Source: Patescibacteria group bacterium (GTDB lineage Bacteria; Patescibacteriota; Dojkabacteria; GCA-002793355). Taken from it: DNA of 64,000 bases. The stretch spans positions 527,462 through 591,461 of the forward strand of contig BOKM01000001.1 in the NCBI GenBank assembly GCA_016860985.1, read 5' to 3'. The notes beneath the pieces were generated by a model. It was not told the origin of the DNA and searched no databases. It saw only the letters and a program-made list of their open reading frames with translations. This document shows positions 57,046 to 64,000 of this stretch, piece after piece (position 1 is the first letter of the stretch; every line of letters starts with the position of its first letter). The position numbers and the translations under genes are program-made.

Positions 57046-57786
57046 TCAATAGGTGAGGGTACTATCAATATTTTCAAGTTGTAAATGAGGGTTATCCTCT
57101 CCAAACTGTTTGATGAGAGACGTGCTCTCGTCAGCTAATCTTTTATCACCCATAGCGCTGAAGTATTCTTTTAAATTCCTTAAAATAGTGACTATGTGTA
57201 CATGTATGCTGTCGGGAAGTACATAAAATTTTCTCGTATACTTGTTGTTATGAAGTTCGAACATTCCGGTATTCGGGATTTGTTCATCGGATGCAAGTGT
57301 TACTATGTTGTTATTTTCCCATATAATTGAACTGTCATAAAATTCGTGTATAAATCCATGTACCTCACCGTTTTGTGTAATTTTTGTTGAAGGATCAAAT
57401 ATTGTAATGGATTTTTCTTCTATCTTTGCGGTGACTTGGTGACCCTCAAGCAGAAGTGTTCGAATATTCGAGAAACCAAAGTCAATAAAGGTCAACTTAA
57501 GAATTGCGGATGATAGCGTACACTCCAGACCAGGAAAATCATGGAGAATGTGCTGATTAGGAAGATAGTAAGAAAAAGCGGGAATGTTTTTAGAGTGCAT
57601 TTCAGATAGTTTTGTAATAAATGTCACTATATCATCTTCGTTCGGATGTAATGGTAAATTCTCTGAGATTTTTGCTTTGTAGTGCGTTTGGTACAGTGAG
57701 ACTATTTGCTCTTGAAATTTCTTGTTTAGTCCGGCGGGTGAGGCTTTCGCAATGTCCAATAGTTCAAAAATATTATTGTACCCCAT
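57046..57786 (-). CDS. Hypothetical protein with possible transglutaminase/papain-like Cys-His-Asp triad
   Basis: GLECTLSS...EGHQV...IFDPS spacing. Confidence 0.5.
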   Translation of the reverse strand: MGYNNIFELLDIAKASPAGLNKKFQEQIVSLYQTHYKAKISENLPLHPNEDDIVTFITKLSEMHSKNIPAFSYYLPNQHILHDFPGLECTLSSAILKLTFIDFGFSNIRTLLLEGHQVTAKIEEKSITIFDPSTKITQNGEVHGFIHEFYDSSIIWENNNIVTLASDEQIPNTGMFELHNNKYTRKFYVLPDSIHVHIVTILRNLKEYFSAMGDKRLADESTSLIKQFGEDNPHLQLENIDSTLTY

Positions 57787-58243
57787 ACGTATTTGAGTGA
57801 TTTAATGTTTGCTCATTACTACTTATGACGAGGTTGTTTAGCTTTTCTGTAATATGTTCTGTCATTGATTCTACAATTTCATATTCCAAAACTTCAGTAG
57901 CTTGAGCTCTATATTCTTCAAAAGTATGCGATGGTGTCGCTACTAGAACATAGGTTTGCTGTAGCTCCTTTGCTTGTTTTAGTTCCTGCAGCATTCCATT
58001 ACTTGGGTTGTGGCTGAGTAGTATTGCGAGTACAAGGTCGGCATCTTGTTGCTTTTTTATACAGTAAGAAAGGCGTTCATCGTAGGAATAGCATTTGTTT
58101 TCAGTTATTTCTTCTTGTTGTAGCGCAGAGCAAAAAACAGTGTGACCTGAGGCTTGGAGTGCATTTACAATTTTTGTAAGTGTTGGCACAAGAACCGATT
58201 TGTCCTCTAACGTGTATTGGTGGGAAAGAAAAATACGTGCCAT
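57773..58243 (-). CDS. Nucleoside 2-deoxyribosyltransferase-like protein
   Basis: MARIFLSH, LQASGHTVF, ADLVLA, SNGMLQEL (SxGxxxE motif). Confidence 0.65.
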   Translation of the reverse strand: MARIFLSHQYTLEDKSVLVPTLTKIVNALQASGHTVFCSALQQEEITENKCYSYDERLSYCIKKQQDADLVLAILLSHNPSNGMLQELKQAKELQQTYVLVATPSHTFEEYRAQATEVLEYEIVESMTEHITEKLNNLVISSNEQTLNHSNTYGVQ

Positions 58244-58291
58244 AAAGTTTTCAATTCTACACCTCGGATTGCTGCTATGGTAGACTTTCGG

Positions 58292-58963
58292 ATGATAGAT
58301 TTCACACAAAAAAAATACTTTCTCTTTGACATGGATGGAACGATGGTCGATTTGGAACAGTTGAATTACGAGTGTTTTAAATTCGCCTGCAAAGAAAAGT
58401 TGAATATGCATTTATCTTTTGAAGAGTATATGCAGTATATGGCTGGTGCAGGGTCGACCCAGGGTTTTATTAATTACCTTCAAAGTGTTGAGAAATCGCA
58501 TAATGTTAAGGAACTCGTTGGAATATATCGTGAGCAAAAAACAGTCGCACTAGAAACACAGTTTAGTGAGGTGGTCGCGCTTAAACCCGGAATCAAAGAC
58601 TTTTTGGGACTGCTTGTGTCAAAAGGATACAAGTTAGCTGTAGGCACCTCAACTGCCCGGCATTTTGCAGAAAAAATCTTGAAAGGTGCAGGTTTATATG
58701 ACTATTTTCATGCCATTATTGCTGTCGAAGACGCACCGCGCACTAAGCCTGCTCCTGATATATTCCTAAAAGCCTTGGAGTTACTAGGTGGAAATGTGAA
58801 CGAAGCAATAGTTTTCGAAGATTCGAAAAATGGTGTGGAATCCGCAAAGAATGGTGGTTTTGATTGTGTCGTTATTAGAAATGTAGGAAAAAATGACTCA
58901 GTTGTAAGGAATGCTCCGTATGTTATTGATGATTATACCGCCTTGGTGTCGCAGTTCTCTTAA
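58292..58963 (+). CDS. HAD family phosphatase (beta-PGM/CbbY-like)
   Basis: FDMDGT, VGTS, KPAPDIF, FEDSKNG. Confidence 0.92.
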   Translation: MIDFTQKKYFLFDMDGTMVDLEQLNYECFKFACKEKLNMHLSFEEYMQYMAGAGSTQGFINYLQSVEKSHNVKELVGIYREQKTVALETQFSEVVALKPGIKDFLGLLVSKGYKLAVGTSTARHFAEKILKGAGLYDYFHAIIAVEDAPRTKPAPDIFLKALELLGGNVNEAIVFEDSKNGVESAKNGGFDCVVIRNVGKNDSVVRNAPYVIDDYTALVSQFS

Positions 58964-58999
58964 TGTCGTTTTCTTATTCAAAATATACTATACTTTTCT

Positions 59000-60370
59000 A
59001 TGCCCAAACTACGTGGAGTCCTACTAGATCTAGACGGAACACTCGCAAACACCGAGGATTATAATTACGCCTATGCAACAAACAAGCCGGTAGAGGAATT
59101 ATTGGAATACAAGTTGTACCAATTTCTTCGTCCTGTTCTTAAAGTCATTTCGTGGGAAGAGTTTATTGAACTTTATATTCGTGCAAACAAGGAGATAAAG
59201 GCGGAATTGCATGGTACAGCAGCATCCCATAATCGTTATCTTTACATCCAAAAAACACTCGAACTCTGTGGAATAAATTTTGTGCCTGATATTATTCAGC
59301 GTGCTGTTGATTTTTATTTCGATGAAATGCTCAAGAAAACTGTACTATACCCCGGAGTACTCGAAGGTTTAAAGCAGATGAAGTTTAACCAGCTAAGCAC
59401 CTGTATGATTACCGACTTTACTGCAGATATTCAGATTCGTAAAATCAGAAAGCTCGGTATCATGAAGTATATTGACTACATGGTCACTTCAGAAGAAGCA
59501 GGAGCCGATAAACCACATGTTGAGCAGGCGGTCCTTGCTCTAAAAAAACTCCATCTTAGGCAGGAAGAGGTAGTGATGATTGGTAATAACCCCAAAACCG
59601 ACATCGAATTGGCGCATCGCTTTGGATTAAGGTCTGTATTGTTTGACCCACGTGGGCTATATCAAAACCAAAAAGGTAAAGAAACATTTTATGCTCAAGA
59701 TTTTTCTGAGGTAATGAAGTGGCTTGGTGTTCCGAAGGTTGAGTATTCTAGAAAGAAATTACTTGTACTCGACTTTGTTGGAACTCTTACGACAGAAAAG
59801 AGCATGATTGAAGAAGTAATTGGAACTTTTGTACGAAAAGATCCAGCATTTGTGTCTGCGGAATATCAACTGTTTAGGCAGGGGACAATTACCGAATCAG
59901 AGTTCTGGTTTCGTGTAGGAGTGAGCGAGGTCAAAAAGGCGCACAAGGCAATTGATGCAGCAATAACTATCCGAAGAAGCGTCATTTCGCTTCTCGAGAA
60001 ACTAAAGAAAAAATACAAATTAGTGTTACTTACCGATTTTCCGCAGCAGTGGGGTAGGCAGATTTTTGAGAATAGAGGTTTAGATAGACTATTTGATCGC
60101 ATGATATTTGGTGGTGATACCGATTTTGTAAAACCCGATGCCCGCTTATACAACCATCTTTTAACCTTGTATCCTGATATTTCTCCAGAAAATATTGCCC
60201 TTGTAGATGATACACAGCAAGCGCTTGCCTCGGGGCGTGACCTGCTTATGCATACTATTTTGGTGGAAAATGCTGCCTCACGGCATACCGCTTTTGTGCC
60301 TGACACTATAATCAAAGATATTCTCGATCTTGGGCAAGCTTTAGAAAAGAATGAGCGAGTTAATCGTTAA
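59000..60370 (+). CDS. Tandem two-domain HAD hydrolase
   Basis: Domain 1: LDLDGT..KP..IGNNPKTD (YjjG-like). Domain 2: LDFVGTL..KPD..LVDD (YihX-like). Confidence 0.85.
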   Translation: MPKLRGVLLDLDGTLANTEDYNYAYATNKPVEELLEYKLYQFLRPVLKVISWEEFIELYIRANKEIKAELHGTAASHNRYLYIQKTLELCGINFVPDIIQRAVDFYFDEMLKKTVLYPGVLEGLKQMKFNQLSTCMITDFTADIQIRKIRKLGIMKYIDYMVTSEEAGADKPHVEQAVLALKKLHLRQEEVVMIGNNPKTDIELAHRFGLRSVLFDPRGLYQNQKGKETFYAQDFSEVMKWLGVPKVEYSRKKLLVLDFVGTLTTEKSMIEEVIGTFVRKDPAFVSAEYQLFRQGTITESEFWFRVGVSEVKKAHKAIDAAITIRRSVISLLEKLKKKYKLVLLTDFPQQWGRQIFENRGLDRLFDRMIFGGDTDFVKPDARLYNHLLTLYPDISPENIALVDDTQQALASGRDLLMHTILVENAASRHTAFVPDTIIKDILDLGQALEKNERVNR

Positions 60371-61376
60371 GAATGAACCCTTGTCCTCTGCGTGTTTCAA
60401 TAATTCCGGGGAATATTCCGTGGGCCTGCACCTGTTTTCTCAGTCGCTCAACAACTTTTGAAATTGCATAAAGAGAGTACTTCGTTTGTGCATCTTCTGC
60501 CCAAAGTCGTTCGGCAATATCATTTGCAGATACAATTTGATTTCTTTTTTCAATCAACAATGACATTACCTCCTTTTCTTTTGGTCTAAGTGGCAGGCGT
60601 TCCTCGTTAATTGCCACTTGGCGAGTGTCGTCTACAGTAAATAACCGTTTTGGAGGAAAACCAAGGCTAGTTAAAAAAGCGCGGGATTGGTTGCGGAGTT
60701 CAAGAGTCGGTTCTTTTCGCACAGCAAGAATTGTGGATTCATGTTTTGGAAAAAGCCCTGCAAGAGAGGTATGACAGAGTAAGAAATCACCTATTGCTTG
60801 CCGCTCTTCCCAGTTGAACCCATATAGGAGTCCGTTTTTGTGTATGTTGTCTAGCGTCGCTATAAATATGGCAGCGGGAATGTGTGATAGTTTAGCATCA
60901 AAGCGAAGGTAAATGGTAACTTCACCTGGTTGAGATTTCTTTTTTCTTACGCCAGAGGCTCGTGACCCATATGCGGTTTGTCGAATAACTAGTTTGTTAA
61001 TTTTGGCCGAAACCTCAGGAAGGTAAGTCTGCAAATGGTTCCAAAATTCCGGAGCAACCTTGTCCCACTGTGACTGAATTAGCGTTGGTGGCGAGACCTT
61101 GGGGAGTTCAGTTTTTATCTGCTCAATAATGTCCCTGCTGATGTTTCCTTCCACTTGTCCTTCTTCAAAGACTTTCTTCCAGAAATACGGATGGTGTACA
61201 ATGGGCAGATTAGGAAAATAAATAGTATTGACACTATCAGTTGCAATGTCAGGCAACACAAGAAATCCCTTTATCTGGTAAAAGTACGACTGTATCATTT
61301 GCGCGACAAATACCACTCTTTGCGCTTCGCTCTCTGGACTGTACTCCCAGATTGTTTCTGGGTATGTCACATTCAT
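60360..61376 (-). CDS. Protein with C-terminal OmpR-type winged-helix DNA-binding domain
   Basis: LRPKEKEVMSLL..IAERLW..ERLRKQV..IETRRGQGF; no receiver domain. Confidence 0.8.
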   Translation of the reverse strand: MNVTYPETIWEYSPESEAQRVVFVAQMIQSYFYQIKGFLVLPDIATDSVNTIYFPNLPIVHHPYFWKKVFEEGQVEGNISRDIIEQIKTELPKVSPPTLIQSQWDKVAPEFWNHLQTYLPEVSAKINKLVIRQTAYGSRASGVRKKKSQPGEVTIYLRFDAKLSHIPAAIFIATLDNIHKNGLLYGFNWEERQAIGDFLLCHTSLAGLFPKHESTILAVRKEPTLELRNQSRAFLTSLGFPPKRLFTVDDTRQVAINEERLPLRPKEKEVMSLLIEKRNQIVSANDIAERLWAEDAQTKYSLYAISKVVERLRKQVQAHGIFPGIIETRRGQGFILND

Positions 61377-61444
61377 GTCAAGTTCGTACTTAACTATTGG
61401 AATAGAATTATATCACTTATGACCTATAATATAAATCGGTAGTT

Positions 61445-62065
61445 ATGGAAAAAACGAAACCACACTGCACTATAGACCAATTAATGCAGGTACTAAAAAA
61501 TGCGAACATAGACGATGAAATGGTGCAAAAAGCAGTGGAGAGAGCAAAGGTCTCGCATCGGCATGACTACCGAGACGACGGGCAACCGTATCTAACGCAG
61601 CACGTGTTCCCTTTAACGCAGGAGGTCTATAATTATTTCGCAGGTACAGAAGATGTGAAAACTGCTGTGGTTGTAACTCTCTTGCATGATGTTCCAGAAA
61701 AGGATCATTATTATGACCAGAAAAGATTGGAAGCGGATTTTGGTAAAGAAATAGCTGATCTTGTGATGTTCTTGGTAAAACCGGTAAAGAATACTCAAAT
61801 TCGTACGCAAAAAGACAGGCACGATGAACAAGTAGAGTTTATGCAGAAAATTAGAGAATCACCGCTTCTGTGCCAAGTAATTAAGGTTCTGGATAGAAAT
61901 AATAATCTTGCCTGTACGGATGTAAGTCGTGATCCATTAAAATACGAACGTTTTGTTCAGGATACAATTGAACTCTATCTGCCACTTGCACAGAAAATAG
62001 ATAAAACACTCGCAACCGCGATGGAAAAAGAAACTGCCCGAATTCTTCGTGAGTTGCATACATAA
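61445..62065 (+). CDS. Stand-alone RelA/SpoT-type HD domain protein (small alarmone hydrolase-like)
   Basis: SHRHDYRDDGQPYLTQH, LLHDVPE, IKVLDRNNNL, LYLPLA. Confidence 0.85.
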   Translation: MEKTKPHCTIDQLMQVLKNANIDDEMVQKAVERAKVSHRHDYRDDGQPYLTQHVFPLTQEVYNYFAGTEDVKTAVVVTLLHDVPEKDHYYDQKRLEADFGKEIADLVMFLVKPVKNTQIRTQKDRHDEQVEFMQKIRESPLLCQVIKVLDRNNNLACTDVSRDPLKYERFVQDTIELYLPLAQKIDKTLATAMEKETARILRELHT

Positions 62066-62087
62066 TACAATAATATACAATATGTTA

Positions 62088-62705
62088 ATGAAACCATTTG
62101 CACTAAAAGGGCAGGTTAAAGAATCTTTAATTGAAGCGGGGATCTGGAATGAGCGGGTAGAAGAGGCGCTCTTACGGGCCATTCTTTCGCATAGATACCA
62201 TATTCGCGACGACGGAACCCCATATTTAGAGCAGCATATTTTCCCCATGGTAATTAGAGTTCTCGATTTACATAAAAATAAAGAGGGACTCGAAGATTTA
62301 GTAATTCTAACGTTTTTGCATGACGCATACGAAAAAGACCCATACTTTAGCATCGATGTAATAGAAGAGTTTTTTGGAAAATCAATCGCAGAAAATATTG
62401 TTGCTATCACAGAAGAGCCGAAACGTGGTCTAAAAAACCTGAACGATCGAATGGAAGCAAATAAAAAGTACGTCGAAAAAATTGCCGTGGCCTCAGACCA
62501 CGTGAAAATTGTAAAACTCGAGTCTTGGTTAAACAATCTTATGACTACGGAGTTATTGCATGACATTGAAAAGTATGAACGGCTTTTGCAAAAGGCAAGG
62601 GAATTGTACGTTCCTTTAGCAAAACAGTTTGATGAAAGCTATGTAGTCGAACTCGAAAAAGAGGTTTCCCGATTGCAGGAACTGTTGGCGCAAAGAAAGA
62701 AATAG
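62088..62705 (+). CDS. Second stand-alone RelA/SpoT-type HD domain protein (paralog)
   Basis: SHRYHIRDDGTPYLEQH, FLHDAYE, VKLESWLNNL, LYVPLA. Start may be 62082. Confidence 0.82.
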   Translation: MKPFALKGQVKESLIEAGIWNERVEEALLRAILSHRYHIRDDGTPYLEQHIFPMVIRVLDLHKNKEGLEDLVILTFLHDAYEKDPYFSIDVIEEFFGKSIAENIVAITEEPKRGLKNLNDRMEANKKYVEKIAVASDHVKIVKLESWLNNLMTTELLHDIEKYERLLQKARELYVPLAKQFDESYVVELEKEVSRLQELLAQRKK

Positions 62706-62750
62706 TCGCAAGCTATATTTTGTGTAAGTGATATTGTTATAATTCAGTCC

Positions 62751-64000
62751 ATGGTACGTCGTGAAGATAATAAAGCTCTGTTGCTTGCAGCAGTTCCAAA
62801 AAAACATAGAGACTCGCTTCAAAAAGCGATAGAAATCGCAGAAAGGAACTATGGCTCAGTTATTCGATTGTCTGGCGAGAGTTTGCTAGAGCATGTTTTG
62901 CGCTCTGCGCGATATTATGCAGAACTACGAATTGATTTTAATGGAGTTATCGCAACACTTTTGCATCACACCCTCCCAAAGCAAGAATATGAAAACAAGG
63001 AAATTTTTAACGACGATATTTTGCAACTCTTGCATAATGTTGAACTGGTCTTTTCGCATGCAAAAAAAGAAAGTGTCGATACACAGGTGATTTATAAGTA
63101 TATTCTAAGCTTTCGCGACGATATTAGAATAGCTTTGATAAAACTGTCAGAGAAGTTTGACAATGCAAAAACAATCGATTTATTACCAGAGGAAAAGCGT
63201 AAGGATGTTGCGCGTAGATTATTGCATATCTACGCGCCTTTGGCCGAATATATGAACCTATCCGACGCAAGAAGAGAGTTCGAACTTAATGGTTTTCGAG
63301 TTTACTATCCAAAAGAGTATGAGCAAACGGCGCTATACGTACATAAACGTCAGGCAGATATCTTTGAAAAAATTGAAAAAGTTAAGCTTTTGCTGGGTGA
63401 AATTGGAGCTCTCGTGAATGTAGACGCCCAAATATGGGGAAGAGCAAAGTCATATTACAGTATTTGGCGGAAGCTTTATAAGCACGACAAAGAAGGAAAG
63501 CCAGCAACCATAGATGCTTTAAACGATTTGTTGGCGTTCACAATTCTTGTTGACTCAGTGGATCAATGTTATGCGGTTGCCTATGCGTTAAAAGATTATG
63601 CAGAAGTGTCAGATGATAGTTTTGAGGACTATATTCAAAACCCAAAGCCAAACGGTTTTAGCGAAATTCAAATGATTTGTGAGTTCCCTGAGTTGCTCGC
63701 AATCAATATTGAGGTGCAAATTTTAACGAATGAAATGTATTGGCACAACACGTATGGTCCTGCAGCGCATTTGGCATATAAGTTGGAAGGAAAGCGCTTT
63801 GCAAAGCAAAACTCGGAATTTCAGTGGGTAGAAACTGTACACAAGGCGATTGAAAAATCTCGACAATCGTTAAGTTTGCCTATTTCAAAACCATTGCAGC
63901 TACATTTGTTCCAAGATCGAATTTTTGCCTTTACACCAAAGCATAGAATCGTGGAATTGCCAGTTGGGGCAACTGTTATTGACTTTGCATACCAGGTACA
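62751..64000 (+). CDS. rel: Long RelA/SpoT homolog (partial, runs off window end)
   Basis: Not in the ORF track. Manual translation from ATG 62751 gives RLSGE, LLHH, IYAPLA, GRAKSYYSIWRK, DYIQNPKPNG, EVQILT, AAHLAYK and the TGS start FTPK...LPVGATVIDFAY. Confidence 0.9.
   Translation, partial: MVRREDNKALLLAAVPKKHRDSLQKAIEIAERNYGSVIRLSGESLLEHVLRSARYYAELRIDFNGVIATLLHHTLPKQEYENKEIFNDDILQLLHNVELVFSHAKKESVDTQVIYKYILSFRDDIRIALIKLSEKFDNAKTIDLLPEEKRKDVARRLLHIYAPLAEYMNLSDARREFELNGFRVYYPKEYEQTALYVHKRQADIFEKIEKVKLLLGEIGALVNVDAQIWGRAKSYYSIWRKLYKHDKEGKPATIDALNDLLAFTILVDSVDQCYAVAYALKDYAEVSDDSFEDYIQNPKPNGFSEIQMICEFPELLAINIEVQILTNEMYWHNTYGPAAHLAYKLEGKRFAKQNSEFQWVETVHKAIEKSRQSLSLPISKPLQLHLFQDRIFAFTPKHRIVELPVGATVIDFAYQV

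Noticed and set aside
1-64000. CRISPR array, rRNA, IS/transposase, prophage or retroelement
   Set aside because: No regularly spaced DNA repeats, rRNA-like tracts or relevant protein motifs were seen. The repeats present are degenerate protein-level repeats (NHL, GLUG, PT).

Overview
A 64 kb, gene-dense chromosomal segment of a small-genome bacterium. The content (VirB2-like pilins, a VirD4-like ATPase, giant NHL/GLUG surface proteins, many unassigned ORFs, almost no biosynthetic genes) points to Patescibacteria/CPR; this is inferred from gene content only. The standard genetic code applies. The window appears to span the replication origin: a DnaA-box/DnaA-trio/AT-rich element lies between dnaN and metG (about 11.9-12.15 kb), genes switch from mostly minus to mostly plus strand near it, and dnaA is not adjacent. 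Housekeeping genes include ftsK (partial), trxB, dnaG, dnaN, metG, smpB, greA, a Xer-type recombinase, ftsH, polA, trpS and a partial rel. There are seven tRNAs, none with encoded CCA. The most notable observations are: (1) two tandem stand-alone alarmone-hydrolase-like HD proteins upstream of a Rel whose own hydrolase motif is lost, beside HAD phosphatases and a deoxyribosyltransferase-like gene; (2) an inverted copy of the tRNA-Ser 3' end joined to a branched structured RNA; (3) a tRNA-Ile(UAU) and an atypical initiator tRNA; (4) pervasive leaderless promoter-start codon architecture; (5) a clamp-binding-like motif inserted in Pol I; (6) a frameshifted giant adhesin and an amber-split ORF. 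No CRISPR array, rRNA, IS element or prophage was seen. All protein calls come from motif recognition by eye, not database searches.
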